DNA of 45,862 bases from Candidatus Poribacteria bacterium. Its GTDB lineage: Bacteria > Poribacteria > WGA-4E > UBA9662. The notes under the pieces are model-generated. The model was given only the letters and a program-made list of their open reading frames with translations, made no database searches and was not told the origin of the DNA. Location: assembly GCA_046582655.1 (NCBI GenBank), contig JAYGDX010000181.1, positions 1-45,862 of the forward strand, in the 5' to 3' direction. Positions within the stretch are counted from its first letter, which is position 1. The number at the start of each line of letters is the position of its first letter. Made by a program: the position numbers and the translations under genes. Of the stretch, positions 30,407 through 39,957 are shown piece after piece.

Positions 30407-32361
30407 TTGAGCATCCACAAAACAACAGGTTCTGCTGCCAATCCGCCAGGATTGGCATATACCTCTCCCGAACGACTAGTAGTTGATTTTATCAACAGAG
30501 GATTGGTAATCCTGTCGCCAGAAAGTCTGGGTATACCACTTGCCATCCATGACCTCATCTATCAACAACAGATGCAGGCGGTTCAGCACCGGAAGCAAAT
30601 TACACCTTCGCTAATCCCAGAGGTATTGGAAGTGATTAACTCGCCTGACTTGGTGGCGGCTTGCAACCAATTAGTGGGTGAAAACTGGGCTATCGTTCCT
30701 TTCTCTTCTGGTTCCATCACCAGTGGAGCTAGAGACCAGCATTGGCATAAAGATGACAATGCCCCCCGCAACAGCAGAAAACAGCGTCATCATCAGACGG
30801 TGCAAATCGAAATGCTTTATTACCCATAAGCAGTGCGGGAGGACATGGGCCCCACAGCCACCATCCCCTACTCGCATTATTGGACCTTTAATCACGAAGA
30901 AAATCATGACAACTTTGCCGGAGCTGATCATCTGGATTTCAACTACCAACTAAAAGGGATGGAAGCCCAGCCGGTCAGCGGTCCTGATTCCAGCTACGAT
31001 CTAGACGATATTGTCAATCGTCGCACTGCCCACGACCTACGGATGAAGGAAGCGATAACTGAGCTGCAGTGGCCTTTGGTAGGGCCGTTTGAAGTCGCAC
31101 CATTACGGGCTGGTAGTGTCGTTCTTTATTCCCATAATATGTTTCACCGCGGTAACCATCGCCGTGATGATTGGCGCACCTGGCAAGATAATCCGCGTTT
31201 CATGTGGCGTTTCTGGCTCTATCGCACTACCGATCCCAACCAGTCAACCAATGACGACTTGCTACCCGCCGAAATCGATTGGAACAAGCTGGGAGAGGAC
31301 CCGTTGACCAACATTGACCTGGCCCCGGCTGGTGAGGATCTCACCTCCGTCTGGCGCTACCATTACCACTGGACCCGGACCGGCAAAGCACCATCTCAGC
31401 CGGCCAAACAGCTGGTTTTGTCGACTGACCAGCGAGAGCGGGAGGCGGAGAAATTAGCCAGGCAGTTAGGCCTGAAGCATGATTCAGCAGAACCGGCACG
31501 GATTGGTGCTGCCTACCGACTGGCTGCTATTGGCGATTCGAAATTAGCAGTCAAAATTCTGGGGCAGGCGCTTTACGACGAGCGTGAGAATGTGCGGCGG
31601 GCCGCCACCTATGGCTTGATTGCCGTCGGCTAGCAGGCTACCCAGACCTTTATTGAGGCCTCCAATTCACCGCTGAAATGGGTTCGCAAAGCTGGTGTGT
31701 ATGGTCTGGGGGATGCCAGTTGGCTGAGCGAGGGTATGCTGGAAACCGTGATGAGGCGATTAGAATCTGATCCATCCGTCTACGCGTCCGTTCCGTGGCA
31801 GCGGGAGCCCTGGGTTGTTTGGGGCGTCGGGCGGTGGCCACTAGTGTTGGCAGTAGGCTGATTCCGGCTTGCTTGCAGGCATTGGTGGCCAGCCTGGGGC
31901 GGGAAGAGAACCGGTTATCTATGGACCGGGCCCAACAGCGCAGCATTAAGTTTGTACGGCCCACCGACGACTGCGACGTTTGCGAGGGCGGTGGGGTCGA
32001 TTTCGGTTTGGACCGTTTTCAGCCGGTTCGCTCAGCGGTGCGGGAAAACGTATTGTGGTCGATAGTGATTCTGTGTTCGCACGGGCCGGCCATTACCGAC
32101 TTGGCGCTGGAGCCGACTATACAGGCATTGAAAGAGGTGATCCAACAGGACCCGAACGTTATCTGTGTTGGGTATGCCATGGATGCGTTAAGCCGATTGA
32201 CTAATCTAGGAGTAGAGGAAACGACGGTCTCCCCTGCCATCAGACGATTACAGAACGATCTTTTGGCCATACTGGGAGAGTGTCCGCTGCAAAGTTCGGA
32301 CGCCCTGGTTCGGGCCGGACTCAGTTTACAATCCCTGTCCCGCTTTGGTCAGACGGGTTGA
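30407..32361 (+). pseudogene. PhyH dioxygenase fused to HEAT repeats, with two in-frame stops and one frameshift
   Basis: 'DQHWHKD', YYP*AV (TAA 30827-29), 'AGSVVLYSHNMFHRG', HEAT 'ENVRRAATYGL', G*QA (TAG 31631-33), and a 2-nt insertion near 31784 joining DPSVY to VRSVAAGALG. Confidence 0.82.
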
Positions 32362-32572
32362 AGGAGCATCGGTCCAGCTCAATATTTACAATTACCGAGG
32401 AGAATTTGTATGGAAAATCGACTTGGGCAGGAAAGAAGTGGGCTACTACACCAATCTTTGGTTTTCTACACTGATACGAAATTAAAATCGATAGTAATAC
32501 GAGAAGCTGCAAGACAAAATATATCCATAAGCACGTTATTACGGATGGAATTGCATAGGACAATTTTACAAA

Positions 32573-33043
32573 ATGATTGGGCTAAGTGAAAGTCAAATCA
32601 GCAAAAATGCTGATGAGAAATCATTGCATAAAGCATTTTACGATTTACGGAAGAAATGTGTTCACTTTCAAAATAAATACAAAACAACTCTGATTTCTTA
32701 TGATGATTTTGAGGAACTACAAACAAAGTTGTTAGTTAATACAACGGTTAAAACAGAATTCAGTAATTCGTACACTAAATGGCTAAAAGAAGACAATTTA
32801 CAGTTACTGGACTGGTACAAAAACGGCAGAAATATGAATGAAATAATAAATTCTTTAGGGCGCACAGAAGGTGCAATAGAATCTCGTATTTTAAAATTGT
32901 GTTTAGATCAATTTCAATATGATTTCTCAGAATTTGTTAAAGCTACAGAGTTTAAGATTTCGAAACGACTATTTAGAAGTCGAGTTGATTTAATTTTAGA
33001 TCGCAAAAGATATTTGTTTTTAAAAGAAAATCTGGATAATTAA
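32573..33043 (+). CDS. AT-rich hypothetical protein with Myb-like/HTH segment
   Basis: 'KW..EDNLQLLDWYKNG....EI...LGRTEGAIESRILKL'. Confidence 0.55.
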   Translation: MIGLSESQISKNADEKSLHKAFYDLRKKCVHFQNKYKTTLISYDDFEELQTKLLVNTTVKTEFSNSYTKWLKEDNLQLLDWYKNGRNMNEIINSLGRTEGAIESRILKLCLDQFQYDFSEFVKATEFKISKRLFRSRVDLILDRKRYLFLKENLDN

Positions 33044-33166
33044 CTTTTATAAAGATCAAGTACGAATCCAAAGCCACAACAGATGAACGATTGGGGGATG
33101 TCCTCCTGCCCATTAACTAATTCTTTCACATTGAATCATAACTTAGTTTGATGGATCTAGAATTCC

Positions 33167-34326
33167 TTACCATTCTTCATCTGGCATAATTTCGCATGCA
33201 GGTAGCGAGTTTCGTAGTTCTGTCATACCTGGCTAATCCTCGTTCCTTCTACGACAAGCGTCTGAAGGCCTTTGAGTTGAGCCAGGCGTTCCACACTCTT
33301 GTCAGTGATATGTGTATTACCTAGGTGCAAGTGCTGCATTTTGGAAAGCGATTCCAGATGCTCCACCCCCGCATCAGTTATCTGGGTACTTCCTAAATCC
33401 AGTTCAACTAGACCAGTCAACCCTTCGATCTGCTTCAGAGTGTCCTTTGTAACTGGCATTCCAGGAATCCCAAAGATCTCTATCTGCCCTTTGGGCACCG
33501 ATTTCAAGAAGAATTTAATGTCCTCACCGTTCATCAATGTGTTGTCGTATACGCGAAATTCAACCAGTGGTCTTGGGGCACCATGGTAGGTCTGTGCGAT
33601 ACGCTCAAGCGTCGCAACGGTGAGGTTATAACAATTTCCAAGAAAGAGTCTTGGAACAGGCAAAGGTGTAAGGTAGGTAATGAAGGCATCCTCACTCATT
33701 CCCATCTCATTGAATATGAGGAGATCGAGCGACGGAATCTGAGCTAGGTCAACAAGCGCACGGTCGGTTACATCCACTGCATTTAACTCCAATTGACGAA
33801 GCTTCGTCAAGTCCCTCAACGCAGATAAACCAGTGTTAACGTTGCGACAGCCTATCAACATTAGAATTTGTAACTCAGATAAGCCCTCGAGACCCACTAA
33901 TTCATTATCGCTCAACTCCTCGCTAGCTAAAAATAGATATCGGAGACCTGTCAAATTGGCAATAAAGCGGAGATCACCTCTATGCATGAAAGTAGCTCTC
34001 AGCCCCTGTAAGTCATTGGGCAGTAGTTTCGCGAGCGAATCATAATGATTATGGCTTTCTTCATGTGCTACTAACGCCAGTTCATAATCAGCAGGAACCT
34101 CCACATTGTCTTGTGTGTTGCCCAATTGTTTCCAGTAATACCTGTACGCCGGAGCACTTCGTGGGGTCACACCTTGGAAGTGATATGGTGTTCTTTCAAA
34201 ACTCCACCAACTCGGAAGTTGAAAGGCTGCTGTACCGGATTGATGGACATAAAGTGAACCTATCGACAGGTCTGTGGGAAACTTCACGGTTCTCTTTGGA
34301 AGTTCTGAGTCCCCTTGCTCTGCCAT
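33167..34326 (-). CDS. Leucine-rich-repeat protein with a frameshift near its 3' end
   Basis: LRR units such as 'LTGLVELDLGSTQITDAGVEHLESL' and 'LHLGNTHITDKSV'. A shift near 33230 restores the typical cap GMTELRNSLPACEI...W* at 33167. Confidence 0.8.
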
Positions 34327-34724
34327 TAAAATTCTCCTAACTACTTACCTGACACCATCCAGCTGGTGTCGTCATAACGATCGGAATAAAAATTAAACCA
34401 TCTTGATTCTTGCCAGTTTCTTCTACTACCACTTCCACACTCTGACAATCAGAATTTTTTGGCAATCTTAATGCTAAATCTACGTCTCGGTTGGTGTCAA
34501 ATAATGACTGAAATTTTGGCTATGCCACCCAACACTGCCTTGATCAAATTCTATATCTGATAAAGTTCGGCTACCATAATCATAAACTTCTTGCAATGCC
34601 TGCTGCTTCAATTACATTTGGCTTTAGAAAGAAGGGGTCTAATTGATCGCATTTGGAATTTATTTAGACCAAATAAGAAGAATTACTAGGTATGGCAGAT
34701 TATAATTCTAAAATGGCTGTTTAA

Positions 34725-34866
34725 TTGCCCTAATTCTTTGATTAGTCTTTTAATCTCCTGTTCTTGGGTTTCTTCACATCCACCCATCTAGATACCGAAC
34801 AACCCAACAAAGTAAGAACATTACAGTTGTCGATCTCAAAACGCCTTTAGGTGATGTCTCAGTCAT
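34725..34866 (-). pseudogene. N-terminal remnant of the HEAT-repeat lipoprotein family
   Basis: RBS GAGGG and ATG 34866; frameshifted 'GGCEETQEQEIKRLIKELG' resembles 'GECETRGQKIERLISEL' in 22118-22312. Confidence 0.45.
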
Positions 34867-34888
34867 ATTTCCCTCACACTCTGTTTTC

Positions 34889-34917
34889 TTGTACTTAAGT
34901 TTTTAACTTAAATACAA
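34889..34917. promoter_or_regulatory. Palindromic motif, copy 1
   Basis: TTGTACTTAAG-TTTTTAA-CTTAAATACAA. Confidence 0.7.
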
Positions 34918-35238
34918 TTTGACTGAGCAATAAAATCAACCATTATACTTACTTCTCTGTCAGTCAATATGTCACTTTCATACAACTGAACTTGCCTGTT
35001 TTCCTTCCTGTTAAATACACATAATACATCCTTTGTTAACTTTTTTTGTCTGAAATCCCAATGTTTTCTTCTTTTTTTATTCTAGCTAAATGTGCCAATC
35101 GTGTTATGATTTCCGTCGACTTCCAATTGTACAGAATCCTTGGGAATTAACGGAAATCGTCAAGTGAGGATATCGGCTCAAGTTCAATTCTGGTAAGGAT
35201 ATTAGCTGATTTCAGACAGAAATAATGGAGGTAAAAGA

Positions 35239-36018
35239 ATGACACGATTAACAATAATCTTTATAAGTTTAACTGCTATTGTTTTTATTTGAGCAGCACA
35301 GAGCTATGCTGAGATTGACCCTGAGGCTGTTATAGGTATATGGCTTCTCGATGAAGACAAAGGCGGAGTAGCTGAAGATTCGTCTGGAAATGGTCATGAT
35401 GGAAAGATCATAGGTGATCGCAAAGTGGTAAAGGCAAAGTTTAACAAAGGATTCGAGTTTAAGGGGAAATTAAACAATTACATCAGCGTTCCACATGACA
35501 AATCTCTAAATTTGGCGGAGTTCACAATAGCCTATTGGTGCAAGATGGGTGTCAGCGGCAAATGGCAGATCCCGGTGCAAAAAGTTGATTTCGCCGTCAA
35601 TGGATCACATAGAAATGTAGACTTTCAGACCCCTCCAGCAGGTGGTAACGTCAGCGTCTATTTCTCTCAAGGTGCGAATCAGTGAAGAGGCGCTAACGGC
35701 AAAACAGAAGTCTCAGATGAGAAGTGGCATCATATAGCAGGTTCTTATGATCTGGATGCTTTGCTGCTCTATGTGGATGGCGTTCTAGAAGGAGAAGGCG
35801 ATCATGATGGGAAGCCAGACTTTATGGATGACCCATTAATGCTTGGGAGTGGGACAATTTGGCCCTTCATGGGGATTATTGATGATGTAGGGATATTCAG
35901 CAACGCGTTATCGGCTGATGATATAAAGAACATTATGAACAAAGGATTATCTAGTACGCTTGCTGTTGTTTCCTTATCAGGCAAACTCACTACCACCTGG
36001 GCAGAGATTAAGAAGTAG
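35239..36018 (+). pseudogene. Secreted LamG-like protein with two in-frame TGA codons
   Basis: RBS GGAGG and ATG 35239; one frame with TGA at 35290-92 and 35683-85 (NQ*RGA, expected W). Motifs 'IWLLDE..G..AEDSSGNGHDG', 'KWHHIAGSYD', 'GIIDDVGIF'; tail KLTTTWAEIK. Confidence 0.88.
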
Positions 36019-36031
36019 AATTATAAATTTT

Positions 36032-36058
36032 GCTCCGACACATTGTATCGGGGCTTTT
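36032..36058 (+). terminator. Probable intrinsic terminator
   Basis: GCTCCGA...TCGGGGC stem followed by TTTT, just after stop 36018. Confidence 0.55.
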
Positions 36059-36098
36059 GTACTACTATTTTATGGATTCCATGTAAAATCAAGGACAT

Positions 36099-36126
36099 TT
36101 GTACTTAAGTTTTAACTTAAATACAT
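36099..36126. promoter_or_regulatory. Palindromic motif, copy 2
   Basis: TTGTACTTAAG-TTTTAA-CTTAAATACAT. Confidence 0.7.
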
Positions 36127-36335
36127 GTACATATACTCTTACTTTTCAAGTTTATCTAGGTGAACTCACAAACTTTGACAAGCATTTATGAACTTGTTTG
36201 TAATGCGTAAAAAACGTTGACAAATATCAAAATAAACTTAATACTGGATTTTTATTTAAACTCAGTTTGTCAGACATCGTATCAACCTCAAACCAAACCT
36301 TAAGAGGATTACAGCACCTTAATAAGGAGTTTATA

Positions 36336-37121
36336 ATGGGAAGCAAGTTTGCCAATTTAGGAATTGTTATTTGTCTGGTACTTATTATTATACCTTCTTT
36401 GTCCTGGACGGCAGAATTCACCGATGGATTGATTGTTTATCTCTCGTTTGATGAAGGTAAAGGTAAAACAACCAAAGATGTAAGTGGAAATAAAAACGAT
36501 GGTACACTAGAAGGCCCACTCAAGTGGGAGGATGGTAAATTTGGTAAAGCCTTACGTTTTGAAACTGGTGCCGGTACTTGGGTTAAGGTCGAAAGTAACA
36601 AACAAATGAATGTTGATAAATTTACTTTTATGGCCTGGGTGAATATCGAAGATTGGGTCGGCGGTACCAGACAAATCGTCGGAAAATCGATTCACGGCGG
36701 TTGTGCTGGTCGCCTTCAGTATGGTTTGTTTAGTGAAGGTGGACAGATGACACTCAGGTTGGCAGGTGAAGGTGGGTCACCCAATATTTTCGCTAAACCA
36801 CCGGAGGCCAATAAGTGGGTTCATCTAGCCTGTAGTAATGATGGTAAAGAAGGCAAAATCTTCTATGATGGTAAAGAAGTGGGTAAAGGTGCAGCGGGAG
36901 GAAAACTCAAACCCAGCCCTGACCCGTGGGCTATCGGTCAGGATTGTGACCGACTGAATTACATTCCTACCGGCTTGATTGATGAAGCCAGATTATGGAA
37001 CCGTACTTTGAGTGAAGAGGAAATAGGTCAGTATATGAAGATGGGTGCCAAAGAGGCTTTAGCTGTTTCTCCTCAAACTAAGCTCTCCGTTGCTTGGGGA
37101 CAAATCAAAACGACCTACTAG
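36336..37121 (+). CDS. Secreted LamG-like jellyroll domain protein
   Basis: RBS AAGGAG, signal peptide, 'YLSFDEGKG...DVSGNKNDG', 'GKFGKALRF', 'KWVHLA', 'GLIDEARLWNRTLS'; tail AVSPQTKLSVAWGQIK. Confidence 0.9.
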   Translation: MGSKFANLGIVICLVLIIIPSLSWTAEFTDGLIVYLSFDEGKGKTTKDVSGNKNDGTLEGPLKWEDGKFGKALRFETGAGTWVKVESNKQMNVDKFTFMAWVNIEDWVGGTRQIVGKSIHGGCAGRLQYGLFSEGGQMTLRLAGEGGSPNIFAKPPEANKWVHLACSNDGKEGKIFYDGKEVGKGAAGGKLKPSPDPWAIGQDCDRLNYIPTGLIDEARLWNRTLSEEEIGQYMKMGAKEALAVSPQTKLSVAWGQIKTTY

Positions 37122-37201
37122 ATTGCTGGTCTTAACTGGTTAGTAGAAGTCATTAGAACTATTTAGTACCTAAGCCCAAACTAACATCTCAACCACTACA
37201 C

Positions 37202-37235
37202 GTCCTGTTGCTAGCACAAGTAAGAGGACTTTTTT
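37202..37235 (+). terminator. Probable intrinsic terminator
   Basis: GTCCT.TTGCT...AGTAAG.AGGAC stem followed by a T6 run, downstream of the LamG gene. Confidence 0.55.
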
Positions 37236-37310
37236 CTTAGGTAAGGACACTCGGTTGGTGGGTGATTGATCTTAAAAACTAGGTACATGCTGGTTTGGTA
37301 AATCGACATA

Positions 37311-37470
37311 TTATTGTCGGGATTGATATTCCTCAACAGCTTTCAGTGCTTCTGGTGTGCCTATATAAACCAATGCCACTGCCGCATTCCTACGAACCTC
37401 TGCATCCTGATCCTTCAATGCTTGGATCAGAGCAGGCACCGCACCTTCTCCTATTTCCCCTAATGCCCTG
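37311..37470 (-). pseudogene. HEAT/PBS-lyase repeat protein, C-terminal remnant
   Basis: [52 protein letters not shown], with no in-frame start. Confidence 0.75.
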
Positions 37471-37577
37471 GGATCGGATTCATGACGCTCAATTACCTAC
37501 ATTCTTCTATTTCTTGCTCGAGAAAACAGGCAACCTCACCGGTTTCGCCTGCCTTGTTTTCGCTAGGCCAAGCAGTA

Positions 37578-38270
37578 TCAAAATTCAACGAAGTATCTGA
37601 AGCCTCGTTTGTCCTCGTGCCTTGCAGTACGCAGAACAACCCAATGATGCCCATCGTCTGGTGGTGACATCTCCTCGATCGTCCAGCCAAGATTGGTCTC
37701 GAAGAAGGAGACAGCCCGCTTGATCCCAGGAAGGTTGTAGTCGTTCAGGATCACAACTCCCCCCTTGCGCACCAACCGCCCGAGGTAAAACAAGTCGAGA
37801 AACACGCTGTCGAAGCGGTGGTTGCCATCAACGAACCCGAGATCAAACTGCCGTCCTTCCTTGAGAAACTGCGGAAGAGCAATCTGTGACATCTCAGCGT
37901 AGTACTCCACAAGGGGCCTGATTCCTGCTTCCTCAAGGACCTGAAGCCCGCAGTCGGCAAATCGTCTCGCCTGAAAAGGATCAAGCACAACATGCCGTGC
38001 AGCATGATTCCCATTCTGAAGCAAACCCTCGCAGATGTGCAGCGCAGAAATCCCATAGGCAAGTCCGATCTCGATTGTTTTCGTCGCGTTCTCGTACGAC
38101 ACCCATTTCCGCAGGGCTTCTCCTTCTCCAGCGCTGACGGCCACAGAACGAATATCGTGCGTCGAGCCGTCAGCATTCGCTACGACGAAGCCGTCGCGAA
38201 TCAGCCGCTCGATGACGCGGCGCACCTGCTGGACCGCCCCACCATGGCTCGGTGGATTATCAAGGCTCAT
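37578..38270 (-). CDS. Class I SAM-dependent methyltransferase (Methyltransf_24-like)
   Basis: 'TIEIGLAYGIS', 'FDLGFVDGNH', 'GGVVILND'; RBS GAGGTG; GC-rich. Confidence 0.85.
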   Translation of the reverse strand: MSLDNPPSHGGAVQQVRRVIERLIRDGFVVANADGSTHDIRSVAVSAGEGEALRKWVSYENATKTIEIGLAYGISALHICEGLLQNGNHAARHVVLDPFQARRFADCGLQVLEEAGIRPLVEYYAEMSQIALPQFLKEGRQFDLGFVDGNHRFDSVFLDLFYLGRLVRKGGVVILNDYNLPGIKRAVSFFETNLGWTIEEMSPPDDGHHWVVLRTARHEDKRGFRYFVEF

Positions 38271-38406
38271 GATCACCTCGCTGTAGGGTGTTCTTGACTA
38301 ACGGACATGGTGGGGCGGTCCAGCAGGTTTGATGAAATGTTATTCCCCTAAATCTTTGAAATACTCTATATAATCAGTTTCTTCATTTTCATCATCACCA
38401 TCAGAC

Positions 38407-38544
38407 TTATTCACGGCCTCTAAACATTTCCTGTTTCACTTCAGAAGCATTCCTATCATCAGTTTCCTCATCAAATTTCATACTAGAGAAATCCATATCA
38501 ACCATCATCAGGAGCAACAAGATAACTGATCTCTTAATCATCAT
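38407..38544 (-). pseudogene. Remnant carrying a signal peptide homologous to that of the FGE lipoprotein
   Basis: MMIKRSVILLLLMMV versus MVKKSVISLLVMMI at 24399; the nucleotide match is clear (ttaaga.atcagttatct.gttgct..tgatgatg). Confidence 0.5.
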
Positions 38545-38551
38545 ATTCACC

Positions 38552-38579
38552 TTGTACTAAAGTTTTAACTTAAATACAA
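38552..38579. promoter_or_regulatory. Palindromic motif, copy 3
   Basis: TTGTACTAAAG-TTTTAA-CTTAAATACAA. Confidence 0.7.
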
Positions 38580-38812
38580 CCTAACTCCCTCAAGACTTTG
38601 TCAGAAATATGGCGGGCTGGCTTGCTAATTGATTATCTTCTCAGAACTAGACGGGTGGATCTATTCGATCGCCTTTATTTAACCATATCGGGTTGGATGT
38701 ACGACCATATGAAAATAGCGCAAAACACATATTGGCGTCTTCGTGGATAATTCACCCCTGTAGAACGGATCATTGTCATGCCTTGGAGGAGACAAGTGTC
38801 TGGTGAACACTG

Positions 38813-39376
38813 TCACTCTGCATTCTTGACAAACTTAACTATCTCTTCCAAGCTTGGCATATAACCATCTATTGTAGAGACCCTTAGTGTTGGCACGTCA
38901 TATTCCGGAGGAATGTACTCGCCACCCGGTTCGAACTTACCAGTCTCCCGAAATGTGGCTACCCTCTTATCACTATGGTAGAATTCTCTATTGGGATCTG
39001 CCAACCCTCTTTCCAAGTGCCGTCTCGCACTGATTTCTGCACCTAATTCACAAACGATAATGTAAGTTAATGCGATTTCGTTTATCCTTGGTACTACGAG
39101 ATCCCAAAGCTTATGCTGAAAGGCTGCTTCAACCAGAATCGATACATTTTCCTTTAGCAGATTTAGAATCGCCTCAAAGAATACTTCGTTTACCATCCCG
39201 TTGGTATCTTTGGGTAAGCGATCATGTTTCACACCGAAGGTATTGACGTATCCCTCCTTAATCTCATCTCTACTGATCTTAGGCAGATACATCCTCTTAC
39301 ACAATTCGCCCGCCAGAGTCGTTTTGCCCGACCCAGGTCTACCAGTTATGACTATGCATTTTGGTTTCTTGCCCAT
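38813..39376 (-). CDS. P-loop kinase / AAA_33-like ATP-binding protein
   Basis: Walker A 'ITGRPGSGKTT', 'ISRDEIKE', 'SILVEAAF'. Confidence 0.85.
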   Translation of the reverse strand: MGKKPKCIVITGRPGSGKTTLAGELCKRMYLPKISRDEIKEGYVNTFGVKHDRLPKDTNGMVNEVFFEAILNLLKENVSILVEAAFQHKLWDLVVPRINEIALTYIIVCELGAEISARRHLERGLADPNREFYHSDKRVATFRETGKFEPGGEYIPPEYDVPTLRVSTIDGYMPSLEEIVKFVKNAE

Positions 39377-39415
39377 CTTGACTACACTATGTTTGTGTTC
39401 TCGACTTCAATTTCA

Positions 39416-39443
39416 TTGTACAAAAATTTTAACTTAAATACAG
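39416..39443. promoter_or_regulatory. Palindromic motif, copy 4
   Basis: TTGTACAAAAA-TTTTAA-CTTAAATACAG. On the minus strand it reads CTGTAT-17-TACAAT, about 40 nt upstream of ATG 39376. Confidence 0.65.
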
Positions 39444-39512
39444 ATAAGCCAACCAGTGGTAAAGCGGTAAATACCGTGCATAGCACAGACAAGGGTAAAC
39501 GGACCTACTGTC

Positions 39513-39919
39513 CTACAATCCTGACACACAACGAAAACCGTCGATGCTGCGGGGATACGAGAGATCGTTGAAGCCACGGCTAGCCACACGCAGATAGAAT
39601 GAGAACCGCCTCGCAAAACACGTTTCTCACCTGTGCTAGGCCCTTGAGGATTACGCGGGGGTGAATTGCTATAATAATCAGAGGCATCCCAATCGGAACA
39701 CCACTCCCACACATTGCCCACCATATCATATAGACCGTATCCATTGGCTTCCAAACTACTTACCGGCGCACATTTACTCCACTTGTCCCTACCACCCGTA
39801 CCACTATAGTTGGCATTATCATGGCTGATCTCATCTCCCCAAGGATATCGCTTGCCCTTCAGCCCACCACGGGCAGCATATTCCCATTTCGCTTCTGTCG
39901 GCAATAGTTTGCCCGCCTA
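39513..39919 (-). pseudogene. FGE-sulfatase domain gene, C-terminal half, frameshifted
   Basis: *AGKLLPTEAKWEYAARGG...YGLYDMVGNVWEW...RVLRGGS, then an ~13-nt deletion, then LRVASRGFNDLSYPRSIDGFRCVSGL*. Confidence 0.85.
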
Positions 39920-39957
39920 ATTGGAGCTGTTCTAACTTTCTTAACCATTTGGTTGAA

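Noticed and set aside
36099..36126. Canonical XerC/XerD dif site
   Set aside because: TTAACTTAAAT resembles the XerD arm TTATGTTAAAT, but no XerC-like arm ending in TAA lies 6 bp away in that register.
33100..38320. Integron cassettes (attC) around the LRR and methyltransferase genes
   Set aside because: GTT-like cores occur upstream (GTTATGA, GTTAGTC), but there are no matching RYYYAAC inverse cores with proper attC structure and no integrase.
38549..38582. Palindrome as a TGT...ACA mini-transposon with a 4-bp target duplication (ACCT)
   Set aside because: Only copy 3 has flanking direct repeats; the other copies do not.
34889..39443. CRISPR array formed by the 28-bp palindromes
   Set aside because: Copies are 0.8-2.4 kb apart with whole genes between them; there are no 30-40 bp spacers and no cas genes.
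25420..39919. Stop-codon reassignment or selenocysteine/pyrrolysine readthrough to explain the in-frame stops
   Set aside because: TAA, TAG and TGA all occur internally, at positions expecting different residues (Q, W, probably R). All three also end intact genes, and frameshifts and missense decay co-occur.
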